Below the pieces are notes generated by a model. It made no database searches and was not told where the DNA came from. It saw only the letters and a program-made list of their open reading frames with translations. 64,000 nucleotides of DNA, from contig JBAYHH010000003.1 in the NCBI GenBank assembly GCA_041666265.1, positions 2,020 through 66,019 on the forward strand, in the 5' to 3' direction. The stretch's first letter is position 1; each line of letters begins with the position of its first letter. Source of the stretch: Candidatus Magasanikiibacteriota bacterium (lineage in GTDB: Bacteria; Patescibacteriota; Patescibacteriia; Magasanikbacterales; GWA2-37-8). The position numbers and the translations under genes were made by a program. Of this stretch, positions 1-9,057 are shown one piece after another.

Positions 1-80
1 ACCTTTATATTATATATTCATTCTCCGTTTAGAGCAAATGCGCAAACCAAAATCCGCCGTGAGGCGGATTTTGAATGCCG

Positions 81-151
81 TGGACCACGGGGGAATCGAA
101 CCCCAAAAGCAGGTGTGGTAATACCGCCTACGAGACCACTCGCGCGTGGCC
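81..151 (-). tRNA. tRNA-like gene, anticodon unresolved
   Basis: Minus-strand read GGCCACGCGCGAGTGGTCTCGTAGGCGGTATTACCACACCTGCTTTTGGGGTTCGATTCCCCCGTGGTCCA. Shows a 7-bp acceptor stem (GGCCACG/CGTGGTC), a canonical T-loop TTCGATT flanked by GGGG/CCCC and a 3' CA. The D-arm (CGAG-TGGT-CTCG) is very short, the T-stem has only 4 bp and no clean 5-bp anticodon stem folds by hand, so isotype is not called. Confidence 0.5.
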
Positions 152-349
152 CTCGTGTCCTGGCGCCAATATTATATCACAAAAGTAGAAACGAAAAAAC
201 TCCCCGAAGGGAGTTTTGGTGTCGGCGCAAGTATTGATCTTGCAAGCAGTATTACCACAAATATAGAATATCAAATTTGGCGCCATTTGTCAATCCAACT
301 TATCCACACCAGAAAACAAAAATCTACTTGACCAAATCAGCCTAAGTTT

Positions 350-730
350 TTAAATGGTTTGATTTGTCTCATGGGAAATGGTCGGCATAGCCGTGTTCGG
401 CTTCACCGATTTCGGATTAGGCGAATAAAGCGGGTTTTTAATCTTCCATTTTTGCACAAATTGTCCAATCCCTCTTTTCTCCAGTTTATTTTTTACGGTA
501 GTGTGGGTCTGCGACCATTTCACCAAGCTCTCAAAGTTCACTTTATAGCGGCCGGCCACGACCACATAGGTGACCTCTTGCGAGGCGATAGCGCGGCGGA
601 TAGTCGCCTGATTGACACCAAAAAGACGAGCGGCTTCGGATACCGAAACCCGAATCATCTCCTTGGGGTCAGTCGGTTTGGGAGTTAAATTGACTGTTTC
701 TGGAGTCATATTGTGGATAACTTTGGTCAA
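350..730 (-). CDS. helix-turn-helix DNA-binding protein, excisionase/MerR-like HTH_17 family
   Basis: 126-aa ORF with the motif VSEAARLFGVNQATIRRAIASQEV..Y.VVAGRYKV typical of excisionase-family HTH domains. Start codon uncertain (several in-frame Met). It sits divergent to the sigma-factor operon across a repeat-rich region. Confidence 0.6.
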   Translation of the reverse strand: MTKVIHNMTPETVNLTPKPTDPKEMIRVSVSEAARLFGVNQATIRRAIASQEVTYVVVAGRYKVNFESLVKWSQTHTTVKNKLEKRGIGQFVQKWKIKNPLYSPNPKSVKPNTAMPTISHETNQTI

Positions 731-754
731 GTTTGTAAGCTCAATATAGCTCTG

Positions 755-982
755 TTTGTATACACTAGTCTACACAAATAATAGCACATTTGGGTGTTTT
801 TGTCAAGGGTGGGGGAATCAATGACTATTTTAGAGTATTTTTTATAGCGATTGTGGGGTATTTCCCCTATTTCAAATATTTGATAAAAGTTTGTATACAC
901 TAATCTACACAAACGCAAATTAAAATTGCTAATTTTAGCCAAATCAGTTTTACTAAAATTTGTATACACTAATCTACACAAA
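755..982. promoter_or_regulatory. array of three 24-bp dyad-symmetric direct repeats, putative operators
   Basis: Copies TTTGTATACACTA(G/A)TCTACACAAA at 755-778, 890-913 and 959-982. Each is an inverted pair of half-sites TTTGTATACA and TTTGTGTAGA (reverse complement), with an internal palindrome TGTATACA. Lies in the divergent intergenic region. Confidence 0.7.
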
Positions 983-994
983 CGACGAAATTCC

Positions 995-1130
995 AAATCA
1001 AAAATCTCAAATTCCAAATAAATCACAAATATCAAATTTCAACACCTAAACGAGCTTTTTCAGTATACACGCATATTTGGGATTTGGTATTTGTGATTTA
1101 TTTGGTATTTGTAATTTGATGTTTGATTTT
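995..1130. repeat. AT-rich imperfect inverted repeat, 17-bp perfect core with extended imperfect arms
   Basis: Left core CCAAATAAATCACAAAT (1014-1030) is the exact reverse complement of ATTTGTGATTTATTTGG (1089-1105). Flanks continue to match about 70 percent over about 20 more bp. Arms are built from phased CAAAT/ATTTG pentamers. Confidence 0.7.
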
Positions 1131-1143
1131 TCCCACCGTATAT

Positions 1144-1172
1144 TTGACCTTTCCCCTCATATATAGTATAGT
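1144..1172 (+). promoter_or_regulatory. sigma70-like promoter TTGACC-N17-TATAGT upstream of the ECF sigma gene
   Basis: TTGACC at 1144-1149, a 17-nt spacer, and TATAGT at 1167-1172, about 70 nt upstream of the ATG at 1245. Confidence 0.5.
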
Positions 1173-1244
1173 ATGCCCTACCCACCCAGTCAGTCTGCCT
1201 ATCCACGGGGGTGTAACATTTTACCCTTTTTTGCGTCTTCTATA

Positions 1245-1796
1245 ATGTCTGGAACTATTAAGGAAAAACTGCTCCTCTACCGCCTGCAATCAAAACGAGA
1301 TCCGGACGCCTTTACCGAGCTTTACGATCTATATGTTAAACGAATCTATCGGTTCGTTTATTTTAAAGTATCTGGCAAAGAAGAAGCCGAGGATATCACC
1401 TCCGAGGTGTTTCTCAAGGCTTGGAACTATATCATTAACAATAAAGAAAAAGAGATAAAAAGTTTTAGCGGCCTATTGTATCGGCTCGCGCGCAACGCGA
1501 TTATCGACATGTATCGCCGCCGATCGACTCAACCCCAGACCACGGTGATCCCCGAAGAGTTCGAATTAAGCGATGGGGGAAAGTGGTATGCGGATTTGAG
1601 CCGCAACGCCGACGCTGGACATGTGATCGCCGGACTGAAAAAATTAAAACAAGAATATCAAGAAGTGCTGACGCTAAAATATGTGGACGAACTCGAAGCC
1701 GACGAGATCGCGGAGATCACAGGCAAGGGCGCGATCGCCACGCGTGTCACTCTGCACCGCGCTTTAAAAAAGTTAAAAGAAATCTTGGGTGAGTAA
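1245..1796 (+). CDS. RNA polymerase sigma-70 factor, ECF subfamily
   Basis: Sigma-70 region 2 (DAFTELYDLYVKRIYRFVYFKV...ITSEVFLKAWNY) and region 4 HTH (LKYVDELEADEIAEITGKGAIATRVTLHRALKKLKE). The ORF opens at 1173 but the first plausible Met-initiated N-terminus is MSGTIKEK at 1245. Confidence 0.85.
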   Translation: MSGTIKEKLLLYRLQSKRDPDAFTELYDLYVKRIYRFVYFKVSGKEEAEDITSEVFLKAWNYIINNKEKEIKSFSGLLYRLARNAIIDMYRRRSTQPQTTVIPEEFELSDGGKWYADLSRNADAGHVIAGLKKLKQEYQEVLTLKYVDELEADEIAEITGKGAIATRVTLHRALKKLKEILGE

Positions 1797-3135
1797 TATG
1801 ACTAATAACTTAAAGTCACAACTCAAAGCGCTCAAACATTCTCAAGTTAATCCCTCGAGCGATTGGTTAAATTCCAACCGCGCTTTGTTGTTGTCGCAAA
1901 TCAAAAATACCGTGAGCGCCGATCGCCCGACCGAGAAATTCAACCTCAATAATATCTGGTCGCTTTTGTCTGTCTTTGTTCCTCAAACTTTGGTTTTCAA
2001 TTTTGTTCGTCCGATCGCCGTGCTTCTCATTGTCGCGCTCGTCGGCACAAGTGGTTGGGTCGCGACCGTGGATGCTTCTTATGAGTCGCTCCCGGGCGAG
2101 TGGTTGTATCCGGCCAAACGCGCGGTCGAAAAAACACAGGTGACGATTGCTTCGGTCACCGGCGATAAAAATTCCGAGGCCAAACTGCACGCCGAGTTTG
2201 CCAAACGCCGCGCCACCGAAGTAAAGAAAATCATGACCGCCGAAAAACCGGCCAGCGCCAAAGTGGTCCAGGACACCGTGCAAGATCTCAAAACCGAAAT
2301 TCAAAATGTCAATTCCAAGTTAAACGCCATCAAATCCGACGCGGTCGCCGGTAACGCGCAAAATGTTTCCGCCGACACGGTCAAAGAAGTTAAAACCACC
2401 ACCGATGAGGTCAAGGTGGTATTGGGGTTGATCAAAGATGATCTGCAGTCCGGCACCGGCACTATCGATAATGCTCTCAACAAATCCGTTTCCGAAGTCA
2501 AAGACATGGCCAATGCCACCGCCGTCAATGCGATGGGCGTGATGGTTGAGCAACATTTGAGCGGGGACACGAGCGTCACCAAAGAAGAAGTGAAAAAAGA
2601 ATTGGACAAGACCTTAGCCAGCGCCGCCGCCGATATCGTCGAAAACAAACAAAATGTCGAGGGCGTAAAAACCATCGTGGACGCGGTGACGAGCGAGGTC
2701 AAAGACTTGACCAAAGAAAGCCAGCTCGCCAGCTCAACCATCTCGACCACTACTACCAAAAATCTCACCGATCAAATGACCGATATCGCGAGCACCACCA
2801 AGGCCGCCGCCGTGAAGACCGACGCCGCCGCCGTCGCGGGTGATAAAAAAATCGCCGAGGCCAAAGAAAAAATGAGCCAAAATGATTTATCCGGCGCGAT
2901 GGATTCGGTCAAAGAATTAACCGCCGTCGCTAAAGAAGCGGAAAAAATCAAAGACACCGCGCTCCAAACCGTGCAGACCGTGCAGAATGTTTTGCCGATC
3001 GCGAATTTAGTCAAAGATTTGCCGGTCGTGAGCACGACCGCCGCCAAAGTGGAAATAAAATTTAATAACACCACGCCAGTCGCCACCGGCACATTACCAC
3101 TCAAAATAATCGTCGTCACCAGCACGAAGAAGTGA
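1789..3135 (+). CDS. membrane-anchored anti-sigma-factor-like protein with a long Ala/Lys/Val/Thr-rich coiled-coil region
   Basis: Start overlaps the stop of the sigma gene (GTG at 1789 or ATG at 1798). One predicted TM helix (IAVLLIVALVGTSGWVA), followed by low-complexity coiled-coil-like sequence. Classic sigma/anti-sigma operon position. Confidence 0.55.
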   Translation: MSNMTNNLKSQLKALKHSQVNPSSDWLNSNRALLLSQIKNTVSADRPTEKFNLNNIWSLLSVFVPQTLVFNFVRPIAVLLIVALVGTSGWVATVDASYESLPGEWLYPAKRAVEKTQVTIASVTGDKNSEAKLHAEFAKRRATEVKKIMTAEKPASAKVVQDTVQDLKTEIQNVNSKLNAIKSDAVAGNAQNVSADTVKEVKTTTDEVKVVLGLIKDDLQSGTGTIDNALNKSVSEVKDMANATAVNAMGVMVEQHLSGDTSVTKEEVKKELDKTLASAAADIVENKQNVEGVKTIVDAVTSEVKDLTKESQLASSTISTTTTKNLTDQMTDIASTTKAAAVKTDAAAVAGDKKIAEAKEKMSQNDLSGAMDSVKELTAVAKEAEKIKDTALQTVQTVQNVLPIANLVKDLPVVSTTAAKVEIKFNNTTPVATGTLPLKIIVVTSTKK

Positions 3136-3157
3136 CACCACTTCGCAGTGGTGTCAT
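3134..3157 (+). terminator. perfect 10-bp stem hairpin overlapping the stop codon, no U-tract
   Basis: TGACACCACT-tcgc-AGTGGTGTCA immediately after/overlapping the TGA at 3133-3135, followed directly by a TGTCATCCTGAGC-type repeat. Confidence 0.4.
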
Positions 3158-3187
3158 CCTGAGCCTGCCTTAGCAGGCGAAGGATCT
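3153..3187 (+). repeat. nested-hairpin intergenic repeat, family A (TGTCATYCYGAGC...GAAGRATCT)
   Basis: tgtcatcctgagc-CTGCCTTAGCAGGC-gaaggatct. Terminal arms ATCCT/AGGAT pair and the insert is itself palindromic. Confidence 0.8.
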
Positions 3188-3424
3188 ATCACCGTTTGTC
3201 TTTCTTGCATTGCCCATTTGTGTGGGCACCGCAAGAGAGGGAAAATTCATTATAACAGTTCCATGCAAAAGTCGAGGGTCCATAGTGACTCGCTGGAGCT
3301 TTGTATCGCATGAGATTTGCGCGTAGTATATACACGCGTAAACCATGTGAAACAACTTTAATTCGGTTGACCTCTGCGCTTTATCGCGCGGGGCGCGCAA
3401 TCGGTTAGAGTATTAACTAATATT

Positions 3425-6400
3425 ATGAACTTAATTAAAAAAGTATTTACATTCAGCGTAGTAGCGACTACTATCATGTGGTCTCTCGGCGTTGCGGCCC
3501 TCGTACCGGCTGTAGCCCAAGCTGACGATGTATGTCCTTCCGGCTTGGTTGCTGGCGATATGGTCAAAGTGGCCACTTCTCCGGTGATCTATGTCTTGGA
3601 CAACCAAATGAAGGTTGCTACCTTTATCAACAATGCCACTTCCGGCACCGGTAGCGCCAAAGTATATTACAGCGGTTATAAATCATGGAATCTTGACGAG
3701 AACTATTCTTTCAAGGCCGTGTCTTTTGACTGCTTAAATAAACTCGGATGGTCCACCCAATCGGTTGGTCCTCGCCCGGGTTCTTATGTGATCAAACACC
3801 CGGCTGATGGCAATTTGTATGCCGTTGGTTTGGGTCGCACTTGCTACAAAGTTACTGACGCCCTCGCGAAGCAACTTTATGGCACCAATTACAAGGCTTA
3901 TCCGTTGTCCACTACCCAGGAATTTTCCGGTATGTGCGCCAATGGCGTAGGTGTTGATTGGACTGAAGCCAAAGCCCACCCGGGTATGTTGGTTTCCAAA
4001 GATGGAAAAACTTATTTCGTGAATTCCGACAAGACACTCACCGAGATTACTGCTGAAGGCATGACTGCCAACCGCGTGAAATCTTCTTGGGTGCGCGCGT
4101 TGGATGCCGCTTTGTTGCCGGCCGTCGGCACTGCCGTCGCTGTCACCAAATATGAATCCGCGTTGGGTGATCGCTCACAATCGGGCGTCGCTTCCGCTGG
4201 AAATGACACTGTCGCGACTGGTGCGTTGACTGTCTCTTTGAGCGCCAACACTCCGGCTGCGACCAATTTACCGGATGGCACTTCCTTTAATCCGATTTTA
4301 AAGTTTACTTTAAATGCGGGTCCGGAAGCTGTCACTGTTAGTGGTGTTACCCTCAAAAAGGGTGGCTATGTTCTCAATACCAACATTTCCGGTATTGATA
4401 TCGTGGATGGCAGTGATGTCCGCCATGGTAATGTAGTTTCCTCTGTCAATTCCGACAATGAAGTTCTTATTTTGTTCGGTTCCAACCCAGTGGTTGTACC
4501 AGCCGGCGGTTCTGTCACTTTGACTGCTCGTGTTAACCTCGGCGCTTCTGCCGGTGGTAGCACCGTGAAGTTAGGTGTCAAATCCGTTGTTTCTACCGCC
4601 GCTACCGTTGGTGGTTCATTCCCATTCTATGGCAATGAATTCAATACTGTTGATGGCGCCAATGCCGTTGCTACCGCTTATTTTGATGCATTATCCGTGT
4701 CTGGTTCTGCCGGTACAGATCTGAATGCCGATGCTGATAATGAGCAAGAAATTACCAAATTTCGCTTACAGGAGTATGGTAGCAAAGAGGATCTCAAATT
4801 ATATAAATTAGTCCTCTTCAACTACGGCAATGCTGCGGATGCTGATTATAAGGATGTGCAATTGGTTTCTGCCGATGGTACAGTGCTTGCCACTGCTCAA
4901 CCGGCCAGCCAGTATGTAACCTTTGATCTTTCCGCTTCTCCGTATCTCATTGCCAAGGGTCAATACAAAGATCTTACTGTTCGTGCCAAAATCGTGAGCG
5001 GTACTTCCAAAACCATTCAATTCGTCGCTTATAATGACTACGATGTAATGGTTAAGGGTTCTGACTCCGGTTCTTATGTGTTGCCCACGGTTTCCGGTGG
5101 TGCTGGTTATGAATCTACTTTTCCAGTAGGTGATTTAGGTGCTGCAAGTGTTACTACTTTCAACAAAGTAACTATCGCCGCTGGTACTCTTAGTTTCAAC
5201 AAAGATACCACTTCCCCAACTTCCGCAGTTGCTCCAGGTGCCTCCAATGTTGTCTTGGCTAAATATTATGTCAAGCCGACTGGCGAAAACATGGAGTTAC
5301 GCAAAGTTAGTTTTGGTATTATCCAAACTGACTCCGCCCTTACCGGTAATGTCTATGTAAAAGTAGATGGTGCTACCGTGTGGAGTGGAGCCGTCAATAC
5401 CACTGAATTTCCTTTAGCTGGTACTGTTGGAACCAAGACCCTCAACACTTATCCGATTTTGACTGCCGGCAAGAATGCGTACATTACCGTTGAAGGTTCC
5501 GTGCCTTCCACTGCCACTTCGACCGTGCGCTATACAGTCAATGATTTTGACATCACTGAAGTCAAAAAATTGACCAGCAATACAATTGCCGATCCCGCAG
5601 TCAATACTGCTGATGGCAATCAAATCTCGGTGAATGCGGCTTCGTTATCCGCCAAGACTCTGTCCACTCCGGTGGCCCAGAATATCATTAGCGGTGCAAC
5701 TGGTTTCACTTTCGCCCAGTTCGAACTTAGTGCTAACACTTCTGGTGAAGATGTGCGTATTTCGTCCATTGTTGTTTCAAATGTGGGTACTGGTACTACT
5801 ACTAATATCCTCAATTTGGCTCTCTGGGATGGAACCACTCAATTAACCACCAGCAACAACACTGGTACCGGCGCTGCTTCCACCACCTTCTCCTTGACTA
5901 GCCCGTTGGTTATTACCAAGGGAACTACCAAGACATTGGTGTTAAAAGCTGATTACATTGGCACAACTGCTAATGTCACCCACAAGTTCATGTTGCACAC
6001 CGTTACCGCTACTGGCAAGGATACTGGCACCTCTGTCACTCCTTCCGTTTCCGGTATGGGTCAAGCCATGACTACTGCCTCTGGTCCGACTGTCACTTTG
6101 TCTCTTGTGTCTGGTACCGGCGCCGCGCCGAGTGCCAACCAAGTGGTACAAGTTGCCACCAATGATGGTACTTATTTTGCCTTCAAGATCACTCCGTCCA
6201 ACGAAGCGATCAAGTTGACAACTCTTAAGTTAACCGCCACTGGTACTGGTCTCAATACCAACGATGTGACTAACTTACGGTTATATCGTAACAGTGAAAC
6301 TACTCCGTTCCAGAGCTTGGGTGAAATGACCTGCTCGAGCAATTCCTGTACTGCTACCTGGGGCGGTAGTACTACCGACAACTTATTGCCGGAAGCTGTA

Positions 6401-7102
6401 CAGCCTGGTAGTCCGGTCACCGTCTATTTGAAAGCGGATGTTGGTGCGGCTGGTGTAGCCAAACTTGGAGATGATTTCACCTTCAAGATCAATGCTACCA
6501 CCACCGATTTCGTAGCCAAGGGTGCTACTACCAATGGCTCTGCTCATATTACCGGCACCCCGACAGCTTCTGGCGCCACTCACATTGTACCGTTCACGGT
6601 CAAGGTAGAAAGCGTTTCGCCGACTACCCCGGCCACAATCGGTCTTAGTACTGGTGCTACTGTTGGTGTGTTCAAGGTAACCAACCTTGGTAACGCCCAG
6701 GTTGCTCTTACCAAGCTCAGTTTTGCCAACGGCGGAGCCTCGACATCTTCATTGAATTTTGCTTTGAAGTATTCTACTGACGGCGGCGCGCAAACCGATA
6801 CTACCGGTGGCACTGCTTCAACCACAGCGACCAATCGCGTTGACTTCGGTACTCTTGATACTGCTGTTACTATTAACGGTGGTTCTTGGAGATACTTCAC
6901 AGTCAAGACATCTGGAACTGCTGTCAATTATGATACTTTCCAGTTGTCGGTGAGTTTGTTGGGCGACATTGTGTATAAAGTCAAAGATATCGATCTTGGT
7001 TATGACGGCGATACTGCCGGCGGTATTACTGATACTTATGCCAACACTGGTCTATATACCAGCGGTCTCCCGGCTCTCGAAAGCGTTACTGCTCGTAGCT
7101 AA
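3425..7102 (+). CDS. large secreted Thr/Ser/Gly/Val-rich cell-surface (S-layer-like) protein
   Basis: 1225-aa ORF with a signal peptide (MNLIKKVFTFSVVATTIMWSLGVAALVPAVAQA). The rest is low-complexity T/S/G/A/V-rich sequence with beta-strand-like periodicity and no recognisable enzymatic motifs. Confidence 0.7.
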   Translation: MNLIKKVFTFSVVATTIMWSLGVAALVPAVAQADDVCPSGLVAGDMVKVATSPVIYVLDNQMKVATFINNATSGTGSAKVYYSGYKSWNLDENYSFKAVSFDCLNKLGWSTQSVGPRPGSYVIKHPADGNLYAVGLGRTCYKVTDALAKQLYGTNYKAYPLSTTQEFSGMCANGVGVDWTEAKAHPGMLVSKDGKTYFVNSDKTLTEITAEGMTANRVKSSWVRALDAALLPAVGTAVAVTKYESALGDRSQSGVASAGNDTVATGALTVSLSANTPAATNLPDGTSFNPILKFTLNAGPEAVTVSGVTLKKGGYVLNTNISGIDIVDGSDVRHGNVVSSVNSDNEVLILFGSNPVVVPAGGSVTLTARVNLGASAGGSTVKLGVKSVVSTAATVGGSFPFYGNEFNTVDGANAVATAYFDALSVSGSAGTDLNADADNEQEITKFRLQEYGSKEDLKLYKLVLFNYGNAADADYKDVQLVSADGTVLATAQPASQYVTFDLSASPYLIAKGQYKDLTVRAKIVSGTSKTIQFVAYNDYDVMVKGSDSGSYVLPTVSGGAGYESTFPVGDLGAASVTTFNKVTIAAGTLSFNKDTTSPTSAVAPGASNVVLAKYYVKPTGENMELRKVSFGIIQTDSALTGNVYVKVDGATVWSGAVNTTEFPLAGTVGTKTLNTYPILTAGKNAYITVEGSVPSTATSTVRYTVNDFDITEVKKLTSNTIADPAVNTADGNQISVNAASLSAKTLSTPVAQNIISGATGFTFAQFELSANTSGEDVRISSIVVSNVGTGTTTNILNLALWDGTTQLTTSNNTGTGAASTTFSLTSPLVITKGTTKTLVLKADYIGTTANVTHKFMLHTVTATGKDTGTSVTPSVSGMGQAMTTASGPTVTLSLVSGTGAAPSANQVVQVATNDGTYFAFKITPSNEAIKLTTLKLTATGTGLNTNDVTNLRLYRNSETTPFQSLGEMTCSSNSCTATWGGSTTDNLLPEAVQPGSPVTVYLKADVGAAGVAKLGDDFTFKINATTTDFVAKGATTNGSAHITGTPTASGATHIVPFTVKVESVSPTTPATIGLSTGATVGVFKVTNLGNAQVALTKLSFANGGASTSSLNFALKYSTDGGAQTDTTGGTASTTATNRVDFGTLDTAVTINGGSWRYFTVKTSGTAVNYDTFQLSVSLLGDIVYKVKDIDLGYDGDTAGGITDTYANTGLYTSGLPALESVTARS

Positions 7103-7154
7103 GCTCCTCGATTAGCTTTTATCCCCGCGTTATTCACTTGAATAATTCGAGATA

Positions 7155-7216
7155 AACAAATCGAAACCATACCCGCCCTTCGCTTGAGGGGCGGGTTTTG
7201 GTACTTATCCACAGGC
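7155..7216 (+). terminator. rho-independent terminator within a conserved repeat module, family B, copy 1
   Basis: AAATCGAAACCATA-CCCGCCC-ttcgcttgag-GGGCGGG-TTTTGGTACTTATCCACAGG: 7-bp GC stem plus U-tract. The same module recurs at 8945-9010 and 9700-9765. Confidence 0.8.
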
Positions 7217-7263
7217 GATTTGGCTTAAATTAGCTATTTCTCGCCAAATTGTAGTAATATCAG

Positions 7264-7292
7264 TTGTCATTTAGTATTACTTTATGTATAAT
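7264..7292 (+). promoter_or_regulatory. sigma70-like promoter TTGTCA-N17-TATAAT
   Basis: TTGTCA at 7264-7269, a 17-nt spacer, and TATAAT at 7287-7292. The 13-bp TTGTCATTTAGTA motif is directly repeated at 7297. The gene starts at 7320. Confidence 0.5.
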
Positions 7293-7319
7293 AGTATTGT
7301 CATTTAGTAATAATATAAT

Positions 7320-8507
7320 ATGTCAAATGTATTTTTTAGTCGTAAGATTTACGGCCAAATCAAAGAGCATGTATTAGCGAAACAAATAACAGTTTTGACC
7401 GGTATGCGTCGCGTCGGCAAGACTACCATGGTAAAACAATTGCTTTCCGAGATAGTTTCCAAGAATAAAATTTATTTGGATTTGCAACAAATAAACAATC
7501 GTGAATTGTTTTCCGAAAAGAATTTTGATAATATTATCACTCGCTTGAGCCAGCTTGGTTTAAGTCTGGATGAAAAAATGTTTATCGCGATTGACGAAAT
7601 TCAGCTTTTTCCCGAAATCAGCGGTGTTTTGAAGTATCTCTATGACAGTTACGATATTAAATTTATTGTTACCGGTTCCAGCTCGTATTATTTAAAGGAT
7701 TTGTTCAGTGAATCATTGGCCGGTCGCAAGCGCGTATTCGAATTGTTCCCTTTGGATTTCGGGGAATATTTGACTTTCAAAAATATTGTTTGGGCGAACG
7801 CGGACTTTTTGGGCAAACAATTTGATGTCTATGAGTTTGAGCGGTTGCGTATTTTTTATGAAGATTATGTGGAGTATGGCGGTTTTCCAGAGGTGGTATT
7901 GGCCACGAAGTCTGAAGATAAGAAATCTATTCTCAATGACATTATTAGCTCGTATGTTAATATTGATATTAAAACATTGTCTGACTTTCGTGAAAGTAGC
8001 AATGTTTATAATCTTATTAAAATGCTGGCGGCGCGTGTGGGTACTCGGTTGGATTATGCCAAGCTATCTCGGCACAGCGGGATCGCTCGTACCACCGTTA
8101 GTAATTATGTGTCCTTATTTGAAAAAACTTATTTGATTTCTTTGGTGCCGGTGCACACCAATGATACCGATCGAGAAATCGTCAAGGCCAAAAAAGTCTA
8201 TTTTGCCGACAATGGTTTGGTGAATATTTTAGCCGATGTGGATAGTGGTTCAAAGTTTGAAAATGCTGTGTATAATCAGTTGCGACACAAAGGCGAGGTG
8301 CGGTATTTTGCGTTAAAAAATGGCCGAGAAATCGATTTTATTTTTGATGAAAAAATCGCCATGGAAGCGAAGGAGACGCCGACCGAATCAGACGCAATCG
8401 CTTTGGAAGGCTTGACCCAGTTAACCAAGGTAAAAAAATGTCGGCTGATTGGCCGTCATCATTCGCCCCGATATTCAGATTATATTTGGGCCGGGGATAT
8501 TAAATAA
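7320..8507 (+). CDS. AAA+ family ATPase (DUF4143-type)
   Basis: Walker A TGMRRVGKTT, Walker B-like IAIDEIQ, about 395 aa, architecture typical of the widespread AAA/DUF4143 ATPases. Confidence 0.7.
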   Translation: MSNVFFSRKIYGQIKEHVLAKQITVLTGMRRVGKTTMVKQLLSEIVSKNKIYLDLQQINNRELFSEKNFDNIITRLSQLGLSLDEKMFIAIDEIQLFPEISGVLKYLYDSYDIKFIVTGSSSYYLKDLFSESLAGRKRVFELFPLDFGEYLTFKNIVWANADFLGKQFDVYEFERLRIFYEDYVEYGGFPEVVLATKSEDKKSILNDIISSYVNIDIKTLSDFRESSNVYNLIKMLAARVGTRLDYAKLSRHSGIARTTVSNYVSLFEKTYLISLVPVHTNDTDREIVKAKKVYFADNGLVNILADVDSGSKFENAVYNQLRHKGEVRYFALKNGREIDFIFDEKIAMEAKETPTESDAIALEGLTQLTKVKKCRLIGRHHSPRYSDYIWAGDIK

Positions 8508-8563
8508 TCAATTTCTATGGCTTACGCCAAAAAATATTTCAGGATCACTAAAGATTTGCTTGT

Positions 8564-8899
8564 ATGGATAAACAATTATACAGCGCCGCGCAAGTAAAGC
8601 GTTGCGCTCAAAATTTTGTGCGTTATTTACACACGGAATGTCGTTTACCGGTACGGCAAGCGTTTTTATTTGGTTCTTATGCTCAAGGGCGACCGCGTTT
8701 GTGGAGTGATGTGGATATATGTGTGGTCTCTCCTAAATTTAAAAACAGCGCGAGTGCTTTGGAGTATCTTAATGTGCGTCGGCGTCGTTCCGATATTTTA
8801 CATGGCATCGAGCCGCATGGGTTCACTGTCCGTGATTTCGCGGACAATAGCAACCCGCTGGTGGCCGAGATCAAGAAAAACGGCATCCGCATTGTTTAG
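8564..8899 (+). CDS. nucleotidyltransferase-domain protein (MNT-like, no adjacent HEPN partner)
   Basis: The motif FGSYAQGRPRLWSDVDICVV is the minimal nucleotidyltransferase GS-x(n)-DxD signature. Confidence 0.65.
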   Translation: MDKQLYSAAQVKRCAQNFVRYLHTECRLPVRQAFLFGSYAQGRPRLWSDVDICVVSPKFKNSASALEYLNVRRRRSDILHGIEPHGFTVRDFADNSNPLVAEIKKNGIRIV

Positions 8900-8944
8900 T
8901 TGTTTTGCGCCATAAAATCACCCCCCCCGCATTACTTACTTGGA

Positions 8945-9010
8945 TAATCTCGAATAAATAAATCGAAACCATACCCGCCCTTCGCTTGAGGGGCGGGTTT
9001 TGGTTATGTG
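8945..9010 (+). terminator. family B terminator/repeat module, copy 2
   Basis: aaatcgaaaccatacccgcccttcgcttgaggggcgggttttggt, identical hairpin to copy 1. Confidence 0.8.
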
Positions 9011-9057
9011 GTTTCGCAATTTGCGTAATTTAACAAAATCAGGTATAATAATTACAT

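Noticed and set aside
81-151. tmRNA 3' domain
   Set aside because: The acceptor stem closes within 71 nt and adjacent sequence lacks tmRNA tag-reading-frame and pseudoknot features. The acceptor sequence is not the GGGG.../...CCACCA tmRNA type.
146-331. 61-aa + strand ORF abutting the tRNA
   Set aside because: Overlaps the tRNA-like gene. No motifs; likely spurious.
1-730. Integrated element at the tRNA (tRNA plus excisionase-family HTH plus iteron-like repeats)
   Set aside because: No integrase, no recognisable att duplication within the window, and the HTH gene lies on the 5' side of the tRNA rather than 3' of it. There is not enough evidence to call a mobile element.
727-1035. 102-aa minus-strand ORF with CRLVYTNF repeats
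   Set aside because: It is just the translation of the three 24-bp operator-like direct repeats and the AT-rich palindrome. No start context, and the low-complexity repeats are of DNA origin.
1583-1792. 69-aa Arg-rich ORF inside the sigma-factor gene
   Set aside because: Alternative-frame artefact of a GC-rich segment of the sigma gene.
2301-3125. Minus-strand ORFs of 155 and 117 aa opposite the anti-sigma-like gene, and the many other antisense ORFs inside large genes
   Set aside because: Low-complexity antisense translations of Ala/Thr/Val-rich coding sequence. The + strand ORFs have signal peptide or domain support instead.
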